A stretch of DNA of 64,000 nt, taken from the NCBI RefSeq assembly GCF_001194135.2, contig NC_068983.1, positions 93,020,709-93,084,708 on the forward strand. Reading direction: 5' to 3'. The translations under genes were made by a program, and so were the position numbers. Below, in pieces: positions 39,560 to 53,241 of the stretch. The notes under the pieces are model-generated. The model was not told the DNA's origin. It did no database searches and saw nothing but the letters and a program-made list of their open reading frames with translations. This stretch comes from Octopus bimaculoides (taxonomy: Eukaryota). Positions within the stretch are counted from its first letter, which is position 1. Each line of letters begins with the position of its first letter.

Positions 39560-40770
39560 GTCCTCTTTAAAACTGTTAACAGTTTGCAATTTAGTTGAGA
39601 ACTGAATTAGTGGTGAAGCTTGGAAGCTGCTGCGATTGACGAAATGGTGGACTTAATATATTCAACTACTACCATGATTGAATGATTAGCCATTGATGAA
39701 ATAAGCTTAAACTCAATCACAGACCTAGATGGATTCCCAGTAATTTTAAAGAAATACAAAGGGACTCTAACAAGACCACTATAGATCCTCTTTCAAAGCT
39801 TGCTTACAACCAGGAGACTATCCAGAAAGTTGAAGGAAAACATAATGTCCTATCCACAAAGGAGATAGTAGAACTGTCTTGAGGCCACTGCTGTTTATGA
39901 TGGTTCTTTCAGACATGCTATCAGTTACACAGAGCCAAACTTACTAACTATGCTGATGACACAAAAGTAGTACAAGCAGTCAAAAAACCTTTTGATATTA
40001 ATCTTTTACAGAAAGACCTAGATACCGTATATAAATGGGCTGAAGAGAGCAACATGCAGTTTAATGCAAGATAATTCCAAGCTGTCCACTATCAGCGAGC
40101 TTGTGCTTACATGCCACAACAATAATACTTTGAACCAAAAGGAGTAGCAATTTCAGAGACAAGTGCAGTGATTGATCTAGAGGTTGATATGAGCAACAAT
40201 GCCTTATTTTATGTACCTATCACCAAAATGGTGGCAGTGTGTAGGTGAATGGCTGGATGGATTCTGAGAATTTTCACAAGGACCCAGGAAACTATGTTGG
40301 TTCTATGGAGGACATTTGTATTCAGCCATTTGGACTACTGCTCTCAACTGTGGTCACCTCACAATGTCAGATTTATAGCAGAGTTTGAAGCAGTTCAGTG
40401 GTGCTACACCAGGAAGATTGCATCAATGGAACAACTGGGGTACTGGGGTAGACTGAAAGAGCTATTACTACTGCTTGGAGCAAAGACAGGAGAGATATGC
40501 AGTGATATACATATGGAAGATTATGGAAGTTGACACCAAACTTAGTCATCGAGAGCTATACTAGCCCTTGAACTGGCAGTCACTGCACTGTTCCAAAGGT
40601 TCCAGCTATCCTGTTTAGAGTGAGGACCATGTATTGTAATAGCATGGGATTCAAGGGCTCATAGTTATTTAATACCTTACCAAAGCATCTGAAAGATCTA
40701 CATGGGGTAGGGGTAGATCTTTTTAAGAAACAACTTGACCTCCTATTGTCCAAAGTCTCATGGCAAGACA
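39560..40770 (+). mobile_element. CR1/L2-group LINE relic, RT and C-terminal half
   Basis: YADDTK at 39949-39966, DLDTVYKWAEESNMQFNA, SHLDYCSQLWSP, LFNTLPKHLKDL. Confidence 0.8.
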
Positions 40771-43700
40771 CTTAAATTTTCTCTTGTAGTAAAGACACCA
40801 TATCTGCCCAGTGTTACCCCGTTGGATTCCCAGATGCAGTATTTCTAGCTATTTATCTGTTATCAAAGTGAAATACCAACAAAAGCTAACTCTTGGCAGA
40901 TCCTTTTCTCCATGCTAACAGTAGCAAATTTGCCTTTAGAAGTTGAAATGTGTCATAAACATATTTTAACTAACCTAATGTTTGCTTATGCTTAAATATT
41001 GCTTGGCACTGATACTACTGAAGTTCTCTTGACCTGGTGGTTGAATACTGCAACTTGGTCAATGTTGTTGACTGTGTTTTAATTAATGCTGTGGCTTTAA
41101 ATTTGCCCAGAGTTACCCCTGTTCAGTATTTCCCATTGATAATGGCTAACGAGCTAGAAATGGGGTGCCTTAACACACACACACACATAATTTTCTCATT
41201 TAGATGTTTCAGTCAGAGGATTGTAGCCACGTTGGGGCAACACCATGATAGGTTTTAATAAAATGAATCAACCCCAGAACTCATTTTTGCTGAACCATTA
41301 TGTTATGGGGACATAAACAAACCAACAATTATCAAGTGGTGGTGGTGGGACAAACACAAACTCACACACAAATATATATGTAATTGAAAGTCTTTGCTGC
41401 AGACATACAGGTCACACATATATATATAAGAAAAATATGAAAATAACATCGAAAGTAAGATAAAACTTTTAAAAATCATTATCTGTTTCTGGTGGGTGTT
41501 AGCTGTCTTGAGTTGGCTCTCAAAATATAAAGTTTGCTGGGGTATCAATTGCCTCGCCTTCAGGTCAACTTCTAATAGATATATAGGGCAATTGCCAAGA
41601 CATAAGTATGTCTTAGGCATGTTATGACCTGGTGGAGCTATCTACCCGCCAGATTTGATCGTGGTTGATTTTCAGAGAGAGAGGGAGGGGTCAACCCCAA
41701 TACTGGACTGGTACTTCATTTATCTATCTCAAAGGGATAGAAACGAAGTTGATTTTGGCAGGAGTTGGGTCTAAAGTGTAGAGAGTGGGAATGGATATCA
41801 CAAAGCATTTACTTAGCTAGTTTGCTGCCTTAAGGCACTGGTTACAAGCTGGGGGAGTAGAGGATATAAAATTGTATTTCAGCCAATGAATAATCCATGG
41901 GGTTGAAGCCTTATGCTATGTGTCAGTGGGTCTCTGGTGGGAATTTTTTATCCATCTGTACTTTATGATAAACCATGAATAGGTGTCTTGGGAATCAACA
42001 TATGATATCCCTTTGCCTGACATGAATGCTTTGAAGAAGTGTGAACTCTACTGTAAGTAGCTGTTGACTAAGATGTAGTATTAAAGTGGGTAACATATCA
42101 AACTGTAGATTATATAGTAATGGATTCAAATGTTACAGCTGCCATTGTGTTTATATGATTGGCAGAGCTGTCATGAGGCATGGACACACGAGGCAGTTGG
42201 CCTGGTGCCTCACAAATCTAGAGGCTCAATTCTAATTGGTATATGTTGTGGACTGCAGTCAATAAATTAATACAATAGGGCCCAGTACAATGAACTGCTC
42301 AGGCACCTGTAGTGCTGCTAAGACAGCTCCGACCATTGGATAATGCACAGAAATATGCTTATTTTAACTTTTCAGTGGCACAAGAAAGGTAACTAACAGT
42401 AAACAAAAACATATATATATATAAAAAAATATTTGGATTTATGGAAATAACAATACTTGTGAAAATCAATTATTATGGCATGGAGAAGCATAAAATAAAT
42501 ATGTATGCCTAAATGTGTATATTTAAATATGTATAAGTATGCTCTAAAAATATGTTTTATATTTCTGTTAGTACATACAGTTTGATGCTGACTGTATGTT
42601 TGATACTGATAATTGTAACAAGAAGAACAATTCCATCGAAAAAATTGTGATAGGTGAAACCAATAATCATAATCCTTGAAACAAGGAACAAAAGAGCATT
42701 TCTAGAAGCCCTGCCATTTTTAGGTATCAACAAATAACTGAGATTATAGACTATTCTTGTTAGGATACTTTTATCACATACAATGTCATAAAGAAACACA
42801 GTTGGATATTGGTTTATGACAATTTTCTGTGATTTATCAAGGATTCACAGAATTGACAGAAAGTGTTCATGCATGAAAATGCAACATTTATGCATTCCTG
42901 CTTTGTTAACAAAACAGATAAGAAATCACAAGACTACAGAGCATAGACTTTATAATTCCTTCTTTATTGCTTCAAAAGACCATATCTTCCTTTTGGATGT
43001 GGCCTCATGTAACCAAATGCTCTTCAACTTATAGATCAATAAGTAACAATTCAAATAATTTTTACAAACAATTTTGAAAGTTCAAAATCTATTTGTGTAT
43101 TCTCGGAACATGGCTTAGTCAGTGTATGTTTCCCAAACATAAGAAATATAGTCAATATGAAGGATTATTGGAAACTGTTTTCTTTCAAAGTGAATAATTA
43201 CAAGCTCTTCATATCTAAATACCATGTCAGAATTCTAGATTTGTACAGAAAGAAAAGGATTTACACAATTTTCCTGATAAGTAGCAATATGAAATTATAA
43301 AATTTTATGGCTGATAACCTCTAACACATCTTTCTTGAAGAATATAATTAAGAAACATTTTCCCATTATTGCTTTCAGGTAATTGAAATTCAAAAGAAGA
43401 AAAACGTATCAGTAATGTAAGTTAGAATACGAAAGAATTGTGAGGTTGATGTTGCCTGAAGCTAACATGGTGACAAAACTATTCAATGGAGAGAATTGTA
43501 AAGATTCTAAATCAAATTTAATTTGACTGAATTATAAACAGTTTATTAAAATTTGACTTTGGTAATTACAGCCATAATTTCCTCCAAATCAATCTTTTAA
43601 AGATGTTCTACAGCTTTTCACCCAAGGAAGAAATTTTTAGCAGCATAATTATGAAAAAACATCAATTACAAACTATATAAAGGCAGGCCAGTTAATGATT

Positions 43701-44533
43701 TCCTTTAAAAATGATATCTTAATTACTTTCTGTGGTTTCAGTTTCTAACTAATATATTTTGAAGAGTTGAGCTTTTGTAGCTCAGCAGTAGTTATAGATG
43801 GTTGCCCACAAGTTTGCATCATACATGGAACTGTACATTAAAAAAATAATAACCAATTGCCAATGAACTAAACAAATTACCACCAAATAACACAGTGCAT
43901 TTAACAAGAATTAGAGTTTAGAAATTACAATGTTAAAAATGAAGAATTCCGCTAAAATCTGAAATCAATAAAGTTGTTCAGCAGTTTACAGTTCTGAGTA
44001 TGAATTTGATCATGGTTTTCTGAGCTCTTCAAACTCTTTAGAACAAAGTCCATAGATATACTGAGATAAATAGTCAAATGATAAATGACATCTGCTGAGT
44101 TTATTTTCTTGGTAAACTCTAGCCATTAAAAAGATTCCCTTTACATCATGATACTACATGATCATACATAATTGGGGCTACTTAGAACGAACAATTTTAA
44201 TCAATTTGAGATTTAGTAAGATTGTCAGTAATATTGTTTTCTGAAAAAATGTAGGTTTAGAATGGAAAATAATTTCATATTGGAAGCAATTTACGTGTGA
44301 ATTTTACTTTTCTGTTCATAATATTATGAAAAATTCAAGAAAGAGAGAACTGCAAGACATTCTGAAATTATCATGAGCAAAGGCACAATGATTAAATCCT
44401 TGCTCTTATTTTTGCCACATAGTACAGTTAAACATTATAAGGTAAACAGCTTTTTTTTTTTTTACCCTGAGGTGAAATCCTAGATAGAAAGAAGTTACAT
44501 TTTGGAAAGTTTTATCCAATTTTTTAATTATTT

Positions 44534-44697
44534 TTTGAATGCCTGCATCAAATGAGAATTGGATAAAAACTTATATACAAAATGAATAAGAATAATGATT
44601 TACAAAATTTTTATTATTGTTTGAATGCCGGCATTAAATGGGAATTGGATAAAACCTTATATACAAAATGAATAAGAATAATGATTTACAAAATTTT
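44534..44697. repeat. 86-bp tandem duplication
   Basis: tttgaatgcc.gcat.aaatg.gaattggataaaa.cttatatacaaaatgaataagaataatgatttacaaaatttt at 44534 and 44620. Confidence 0.9.
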
Positions 44698-45042
44698 GCT
44701 AATAGGATTTTAAACAGGTTACTTGTAACTGATGTAGAGGTTTTAGGTAGTTGGTCAATAACAAAACAAACTAAAATATTGATACCCAGCAAACCTTGCT
44801 TGATATATAATGATAGGATTGGAAGAGTCAACTGAGCATTAAACAAAATGACATGCGGTATTTAGTTATGATCTTTTATATTCTCAGTTCAGTTCCTGTT
44901 GAGGTCAGCTAAGTGTTTCATCCTTCTGGAATTAATAAAATAAATCACCAGTCAAATACATTGACTCTCCCTTTCCCCCAATATTGTGGCCTAGTGTCTC
45001 TGTCAGAAATTGACATAAAATGATATTTAAGGTAAGACTTAC

Positions 45043-45177
45043 CATCTTCTATTTTCAATGAGCAGTCTATAGTAAATGGTCTCAGAGGTCCAGAACCATC
45101 AAGATCAACTGTAATTACTTTCGATCTTTCATTCTGAGAATGTATCTTGAAATAATGGCATGACAAGTAATGTTCGG
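45043..45177 (-). CDS. Exon of Caspr/Neurexin-IV-like gene, start of fibrinogen-like domain (EHYLSCHYFKIHSQNERSKVITVDLDGSGPLRPFTIDCSLKIED), 135 nt, phase 1 to 1
   Basis: Acceptor tttctttttacag, donor gtaagt. The SC...(I/V)DxDGSGPLxPFxxxC motif is characteristic of the Caspr/NrxIV/axotactin fibrinogen-like domain. Overlaps ORF 44945..45166. Confidence 0.95.
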
Positions 45178-46399
45178 CTGTAAAAAGAAATCATAAAGAA
45201 AATGATAAAAAACTGAAAAATATGGAAGAATAAATAGGAGAATTAACCCTAAGACTATTATTTTTTGCTGAGACATTTGAATACAACTTAATAAATTGTA
45301 TCACTATGGTCTTTAAAATATAAGCAAGTTCTGATTTATTTATTTATTTTTGTTCTCTTTTGCTGACTTGGTGGAAAGTAAAAATATACAGCGAGAAAAA
45401 ATAATAGGCTTTGTATCAATAAAGTTAGTCATCTCAAACAAAAATGCAAAAAGTATTTGTAATGATAATATTTGGAAACAGCTGTGATAAAACTCCATTT
45501 CTCTAGTTAAAAAATACAGTAATATAAAACTAGGGGGAAAAAATCTAAATATTACTGTAATTTATTTTCTGGAAATTTATAGGGAAACATGTTTTTAAAG
45601 TTGACTATCAAAGCAGAAGTGTTTTCAGAATATTTAGGAATGTTCTTATTTNNNNNNNNNNNNNNNNNNNNNNNNNNNNNNNNNNNNNNNNNNNNNNNNN
45701 NNNNNNNNNNNNNNNNNNNNNNNNNNNNNNNNNNNNNNNNNNNNNNNNNNNNNNNNNNNNNNNNNNNNNNNNNNNNNNNNNNNNNNNNNNNCTAATTCTT
45801 TTGATTATTAGTGTTAACAGTTTTACTGCAATCACAAAGTAAAAACTTCACCAGCATAAAGTCTACTTGTTATATCCAAAACATATAAGGCTTAATTATA
45901 TGAAGAACTGGGAAGCCAGTTCATTCTTCATAGTAAAATATCTGAGAGTGAGAAGAAATATTAGTTCTCTTCCCAACCCAGAAATATCCCACATTTTGCC
46001 TCTTTTACTCTGGTTAATACTGTCTACTGTAATACCAGTGGTTATTTCATATTTTGAAAATTGCACCAAAATTTAATTTCAAGTAGGTCTTTCATAATGG
46101 AGAAACTGAAGTGCCAATGTCTTAAATCTTGGAGAAAGCACTTGGCTTTTTAATCAGTAAAGCAGAATGTCTGGGACCAGGCCAAAGTTGTTTAACAAAA
46201 AGACTTTGATACTTGAGAATGAATGAAAGGATGGATGGATGCATGCATGTATTATAGTTATAAAATGACAAATTAAAAGTAAATATAAGTGTATGTATTT
46301 AATGGCAACAATGACTTTAATGCAGTTGAATTAGTCCCAATACACGATCCCAAATCAACTCACCCGTCAAACAAGTACAACTCAAGAAAATATAGTATT

Positions 46400-46579
46400 G
46401 TAGCAGATGTGGCTGTGTGGTAAGAAGCTTGCTTCTCAACCATGTGGTTCCGAGTTCAGTCCCACTGTGTGGCACCTTGAGCAAGGGTTTTCTACTATAG
46501 ACTTGGGTCAGCCAAAGCCTTGCAAGTGGATTTGGTAGATGGAAACACAAAGAAGCCTGTTATGTATGTATACATATAC

Positions 46580-46623
<44 letters not shown>

Positions 46624-46845
46624 CTTTGTGCCTGATTTTGTCCCCCTATCACTGCTTGACAACTGATGCCAATGTGTCTACGTACCCCATAACTTAGTAT
46701 TCCAGCAAATGAAATTGATAGAATAAATACTAAGATTACAAAGAATAAGTTCTGGGGTTAATTTGTTTGACTAAAAACCCCTTCATGACAGTGCTCCAGC
46801 ATGGCTGCAGTCAAATTACTGAAACAAGCAAAAGAATAAAAGAAT
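46400..46845 (+). mobile_element. tRNA-derived SINE in the 45178-47030 intron; further copies near 16020-16290, 50590-50935 and 58996-59220
   Basis: Head, ggcaccttgagcaag body, (AT)/(GT) tract and tail gaaacaagcaaaagaataaaagaata. Confidence 0.85.
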
Positions 46846-47030
46846 ACAATATGGAGTTAAAATGCCAAAGTACAAAGCATATATTCCAAGAATGTTGGTA
46901 TTGCAGTAATTTCCTGGTGAAGCCAACTTATTTCATTTTCATTTCAAATGTCTTTGAGAAAAGCATAGATATCACACTGCATCCTTAAAGTATATGACAT
47001 TTAAATTGGTATAAACTTTAAAATACTCAC

Positions 47031-47137
47031 AAATATGGCAAACTGCCCCTTTATAACCAGTATGGCTGCAGTCACAAGTGAATGTGTTCCAATCTTGCTT
47101 ACATATACCTCCATTCTCACATGGATTTGGAGTACAT
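47031..47137 (-). CDS. Exon of Caspr/Neurexin-IV-like gene, EGF-like domain ([35 protein letters not shown]), 107 nt, phase 2 to 1
   Basis: Acceptor tttttctgtctgatag, donor gtgagt. Six-Cys EGF matching the Caspr EGF1 pattern CxPNxCExGGxCxQxWxxFxCxCxxTGYxGAxCH. Confidence 0.96.
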
Positions 47138-47424
47138 CTATCAGACAGAAAAACAAAAAAGCCACAATGTCATGAACAACAAAAAATCTTAGAAACCAAA
47201 TTATCAAAATATTTTAATTATCCATATGAAATAATGCTACAAACAAAATGCTTCAACTTCATCTGACAATATTTCTTTACACATCTTCTCATCACATCCT
47301 CAGAGTATCTCATTATTCTAACTTGTGTAAAACAACAATGACATCTTTACATCCCAATAATCTGAGCTCATTAAAATGTAGTGATTTGCTAAGTAGCTAA
47401 AAAGTGACAGTAAATTATACTTAC

Positions 47425-47560
47425 CTATTTCGAATAGCACAGTTTCCAATGGTAATTCCCACAGGCTTTGAACCTCTTGGCATTCCATCATCAACTGGTA
47501 GGTTACCAATATCTAAATGCCTCATGCAACCGATAAACCCAAGATTTCCACCAAAACTAC
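47425..47560 (-). CDS. Exon of Caspr/Neurexin-IV-like gene, LamG C-terminus (SFGGNLGFIGCMRHLDIGNLPVDDGMPRGSKPVGITIGNCAIRN), 136 nt, phase 1 to 2
   Basis: Acceptor ctttgtgtcttatag, donor gtaagt. Has the GFxGCMR LamG terminal motif and the C-x-I-x-x-R|C linker typical of Caspr before EGF1. Confidence 0.95.
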
Positions 47561-48269
47561 CTATAAGACACAAAGATGTTATTGATTCTCTAAGAATTTT
47601 CTTCTTAAAAAAAAAAATAATAAATGAAGGTTTAATAATTTGTCAGAAAGTATAAATAAACTCTTATAAAATATAAATTGAGAGACTTAGCAACTATATG
47701 AGGAGGGATTTTTTTGTCTTTATGTTTAATAATATTAAAACTATTGAAATTATATTTAACTGGGATTTACCGGATATTGACTTACTAGTATGATGTTTAG
47801 CCAGTAACCATAATGTTATTGCTCCTGATACCACATGTAGGTTTTCTATTAAACAGTCTAATAGTTAAATAGTTAATAGTTTAACCCTTTATTATTCACA
47901 TTATTCTGTCAAATGTTTTGCTTATTTATTCACATTGTCTTTTTATTAATCATGCTTCAATATATTGTGGCTTCAATATTTTGATGATGCAATTGTTTAT
48001 TTTTAGAAGAACATTGTAGTGCAGGTGTGAGATGTTGGATCTGGCCAGTTTGAACATAAAAGTGGCAGAATATTTTGGGCAGATATGACTGGTTTAAATG
48101 CTAAAGGGTTAAGGAGAAGAGACAATGTTCATGAGCTTCCAGACTTTTTCGAGTCTAGTGACAGACAAAATTGATGTTCAGTTCAAACTTCATAAGGTCA
48201 ATAGTTCTGGGAATTATATAAGCAGAGGAAGAATGCAAGAAAGTTGCAACAGGCAAACCACTTCTGTAA

Positions 48270-48830
48270 CTCAACATCATTTACCATCTACTTTCCATGC
48301 TGGCATGGGTTGGATGGCTTGACATGGAGCTGGCTAGCAGGGAGTTGTTCAGACTCCAACTGTCTGTTGTGGCATGGTTTCTATGCCTGGATGTCCTTCC
48401 TAATGCTAACCATTTAACAGAATGTGCTGGGTGCTTTTTACATGTCACCAGCATGGGCGCATTAATGTAGCACCAGCATGAGTGCTTTTTAACTGGCATT
48501 GGCTGAAAGGACAAGCCTGTACATGTGGAAGACAGCAATTTTACTTAGCTTGATGTATGGAAAAATAAACGTTAAATAATGGACAATGGAGTGTGTGAGT
48601 GTGCATGTATATATATATCATCATCATCAGTTAACATCTATATTACATGCTGACATGAGCTGGATTGTCTGACAGGGTCTGCTGAATCCAAGAAATGCAT
48701 TGTGCTTTGGCATGGTTTCTACAGCTGGAAACCCTTTCTTACACTAAGCACTTTATAGTGTGTACTTGGTGATTTTTTTTTATGGCACCAGCACCAATGA
48801 GGTTGCCATGCAGCTTGTAAGACTAAAATC
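48270..48830 (-). mobile_element. Two RTE-type 3' end fragments in tandem
   Basis: catcatttaccatct..ccatgctggcatgggttgg at 48276 and catcatcagttaacatc at 48621, same tail as the 8269 copy. Confidence 0.75.
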
Positions 48831-49109
48831 TTCTTTGACTGAGTGGTGGGAGATGACTCTATGCTAGGAAAAGAAAGAAGGCACCAGAACAGAACAAGTT
48901 TCTTACTGTAGAGAAGTTACATGGCTATTTCCATTATAGAAGAGTGGTGAGAGTAATTGGAGCAGAGTTGGAAAGAGGTAAAATATTGCAGATGAAGTAT
49001 TAGGGTATGAAATGAGTAGAAATGAGTGGAGACAGGAGAACAGAGAGTACAGGTGGGTAGAGGTTGTAAGGGTGGATGAGAAAATGAGACATGAGAAGTG
49101 GGTTAGGGG

Positions 49110-49152
<43 letters not shown>

Positions 49153-49154
<2 letters not shown>

Positions 49155-49495
49155 GGAGCATGGCTCAATGGTTAGAGCACTGGGCTCAAAATCATGAGGT
49201 AGCGAGTTCAATTCCTGGAGTGGGCTGTGTGTTGTGTTCTTGAGCAAGACACTCTATTTCACGTTGTTCCAGTTCACTCAGCTGTAAAAATGAGTTGTGA
49301 TGTCACCAGTGCCAAGCTGTATTGGCCTTTGCCTTTCTCTTGGATAATATCAGTGGTGTGGAGAGGGGAGACTGGTATGCATGGGTGACTGCTGGGTTTC
49401 CATAAAACAACCTTTCCTGGACTTGTGCCTTGGAGGGAAACTTTCTAGGTGCAATCCCATGGTCATTCATGACCGAAGGGGGTCTTTTACCCTTG
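49153..49495 (+). mobile_element. tRNA-derived SINE of a second family
   Basis: Head ggagcatggctcaatggttagagc...gagttcaattcc with A/B-box-like motifs, then gtgttcttgagcaagacact...ccagttcactcagctgtaaaaatgag. Confidence 0.75.
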
Positions 49496-49682
49496 ATATA
49501 TATATACACATATAATGTACAATATATGGACTTATATAAGCCGGTGGAAATCACAAAAAAGCTACATTAGTGGACCCAGCTACATACCACATAGTAAAAC
49601 AATACATAAGAGTAATGTAGAGGCTTATGCAGTTGAAATCCAATAAATCCAAACAGTGGAGATTATTTCATGAGGGGTATAT

Positions 49683-49888
49683 AGAATATAAAGAAAGTCA
49701 GGAGCTACGAGATGAATATATTTATTTCACCAGTTGATATTCATAGGATGACAGCCATTTTGCAGCCAATACTATGCAAAAATAATTTATCATTTTTGCA
49801 TTATGTTGGCTGCGAAATGGCCGTTGTCCTATGGATATCAACTGATGAAATAAATATATTCATCTCATACCTCCTGACTTTATACTCT
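49683..49888. repeat. Long hairpin palindrome with 8-nt loop (49784-49791)
   Basis: aaagtcaggagctacgagatgaatatatttatttcaccagttg... pairs with ...caactgatgaaataaatatattcatctcatacctcctgacttt. Confidence 0.9.
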
Positions 49889-50958
49889 GTGTGTGTGTGT
49901 GTGTATGTATATATATATATATATATAAACATATTGGCAAACAGTTCACTTTAATCTACATGGTATCATGATGTCTTTGGCTTCTGGTACTCTGCCACCC
50001 TAGTTGGTTATCTTTCTTGTATTGACTTATAATGTATTCAACACTGAAGAAAGTGGAATGCTATTGTGATATTTCTTCTTCTTCATGCAATATAATTTTA
50101 TCAAATACAACACTTCTTCCTTGAATATACTAATCATACCCTGCAGATTTTATTTTAGCATGGTCAGAAATGACAATCAAATGAAATTTATATAATGAAG
50201 TCCCGTTTTGAACAATGAGGAAGCTCTGATTTAAAATCAGTAAATGTTCTCCACAAGTTAAGATATAAATTCCAACAGGTTATTTTGCAGAAAAGTTGTT
50301 TTAACTGTGCCAGCCAACAGAATTTAGGATGGAAGACTGCATAGTTAAAGAGAGCCAGTATGTTTCTTCAAATGTTACTGTGCGTTAAGATATGGTAATA
50401 TGTGAAAGGTTTCCAATGTTTTAAACCAAAAATTATGTAATTCTTTTTTAAAATAGTCAAAAGAACAATTTACATACTGACAAACTGAATGAGACACAAC
50501 TAGGTTGATATCATGATCACAGGTTTTCTTTAGGAGTTACAATCCCCAAATTAGTTCAGAACAAGAATACATGCACATGCACACATTCACTTTAAAACCC
50601 CATAAGTTTAGGTTTCGTCCCATAGCACAGCATCATTGGTAAGTGTCCTATAGTCTAGCCCAAGTGCTGACCAATACCTTGTGAGAAAATTGTGCTGTCA
50701 GAAGCTGCAAATCCATTTTGTGTACATATGTATGTGTGAATATGTATGTGAATGTGCATGAATTCACACTTGTCACCGATGGAGCAAAAGAGTGGTGACA
50801 TTGATATTCGTTGCTTACATTATGAAATAAAACCCAGGGATAAAACATCCCTTACATGAAAATAGGTAATAAAATCCATCCTCAAATAATTCTTCGTCCA
50901 AACTAATGCTAACATGGAAAAGCAGACATTAATGAACAAATATATAATAAATTCTTAC

Positions 50959-51114
50959 CTAAATAGTAGTCTGCCCCGGCTTTGACATCCAAGACTCTGG
51001 TAGACACCTTGGAATTTCGGTCCACAGTGCAGTTAACTTTACTAGAGTCAATTGCTATGAGAAAACTATGCCAGAGACCATCACTAAAAGAGGTAGTTGG
51101 ACTTTCAACATCAT
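50959..51114 (-). CDS. Exon of Caspr/Neurexin-IV-like gene, LamG core (DVESPTTSFSDGLWHSFLIAIDSSKVNCTVDRNSKVSTRVLDVKAGADYYL), 156 nt, phase 1 to 1
   Basis: Acceptor tttcttctcttaaatag, donor gtaaga. Contains the LamG motif (L/F)xDGxWHx...L/TxVD and is in frame with both neighbours. Confidence 0.93.
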
Positions 51115-53200
51115 CTATTTAAGAGAAGAAATATTGATCAATAAACTGAAGATGTAAAATAATTAAATTTAGGATTAATCTTTCAATAGAATTTTAAATA
51201 AAATTGTATGAAACTACTGGACATAAGTGAAAAGTTGTTCTGATAATACAGAATAATTTTTATTTATTAACACACTGTTGCATAACCAAAAACAAGGTCT
51301 TTGGACTCATTCATACTATATTATTTATAATGACGTTTATTAATTCCCTCCAGAAATTTTTTGAACTTTAGCTTCAGGAACATGAAGAAATGAAGAAATA
51401 TTACAAGAATAATTATAAAAGAGTTCTGATTTAATTAATTTCAGGAAATCTTAAATTAAAAAAATAAAGACGGATAATGCATGATGGTTAACAAAAATAT
51501 AATAACAATATTGAAAATGTTCTTCCATTTGTGTCAGCGAAAGTCTGAAATAAGTTGACAATCACAAGTTTAGGCATTAATTTCATAGATTTGGTGAAAG
51601 GTCAGGCAAAATTGGAAAGCTAAAACCAACCAACCAACCAACCAAAATGCACACAAACAAATATTCAATAATATATGTGAAGTATTAATAATGATAATAA
51701 TTATGATAAATATCAAAAAGAACACAAAATTTTTCCTTCTCCAGTCAGATCAAAGACTGCTTGTTTGCAACAGATATGTGCATAACTGAATGATAAAGTA
51801 GTGAAGATGCCATCATTGATGCTGTTTTCTCATAAAGTCAGCCAGCCATACATATACACACGTAAATATAAAGTTATTTAGTCTTTTAGATTATTTATGC
51901 CATCGAGGTTACAATCACATTGAGATGTGTGTGTATATGTGTGTAAAGATGCATGTGTATGTATATGCATACATGCGTATGTACACACATATATTTATAC
52001 AGGTATGTGTATAAATATGTGTACATACATATAGACCCTGTACAAACTTATATATTATAATTAAATTCTAGTTGTGGTGAAAAGTGGTAATGCAAAACTG
52101 AATAATGACCATGAAATAAGGACAGTATAAAACTAACTGTTAAGTGAGGCAGATTGGCAAAATTAGTAAAATGATGGACGAAATGATTTTCCGTATTTAA
52201 TTATATACCTTTACTTCTAAATTAAAAATTCTACTGAGGTTGACTTTACATTTCATTCTTCTGAGATTGATAAAATAAGAGCCAATGAAATACTAAGGTT
52301 GATTCACTTGATTTACCAAAATTTGTGAATTGTGCCTTTATTAGGAGTTATTAACTCCACATTATGCAATGCGTTTGTGTGTATACGTATATATGTATCA
52401 GTGGCAACTCTGGCACTTGAGCTGTTTGGGCTTAGCCCAAGCATGAATTTAGTGAAGTGAGCATGTATTTGCAAGCTGATTTAATTTCTGCCAACATTGA
52501 CTTCAAGTATGTAAATTCAGCCATTAATTCGGGCTCCTTTTATTGAGCTTTGTCACAGTTAATCTATTTTCGTTCAGTGCTTGGTGATTGTCTTAGAGGT
52601 GTCCTGTGTCAAAAAATATTTGTAGCAGATGTTCTCTCGACATCATTCACACGCACCTTACTCGGGCTCAGAAGTTACTGCCCGAGTAGTTAGCTATAAT
52701 GGCAAAAATTACAAGTAATACAAATTCAATGCTTTCTTGAAACAATAAATTTCTATAGAGATTTAAATTCCAATCTATGAAAAGTTTCCGTTCTACAATA
52801 TTCTTAAAGGAACAAAAAATTATCCAGCAACTCAGGTTAATACGAATGAGTCTAGTAGGTGAAAAAGACCAACTAGCATCTCTTGTCAAGAGTACAGGTG
52901 ACATTCAGATCGTTGATGTTTGTTATGCACTCTACTGTTGTTATTTGATTACTGTTATTCTGTGATTCTGTGTGTAAAGATTAGTTGTGTTTTGCAAGGC
53001 TGCTTTATTTTTACCCTTAACTTAGAAATGGAGAAAGGCATAGTGTGAGATATAAAAAGTAAATTATTTGTGGCTAGAAATATTGTGGTAAAATGTGAAA
53101 TTCTTTGAGCAGGCATGTGTCTTATGCAAAATTTGCGATGAGCCTGAGTGATGAAACCTATGATGAGCCTGAATGACACAGATGACCTGGCACCACCTCC

Positions 53201-53241
<41 letters not shown>

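Noticed and set aside
43379-43416. Plus-strand 38-nt pseudo-exon (VIEIQKKKNVSV) with good splice sites
   Set aside because: Isolated; no other plus-strand exons or homology.
49612-49650. Hammerhead-like atgtaga-ggct-tatgc-agtt-gaaa
   Set aside because: Two mismatches in the CUGANGA box, stem II relies on wobbles, and there is no stem III or NUH.
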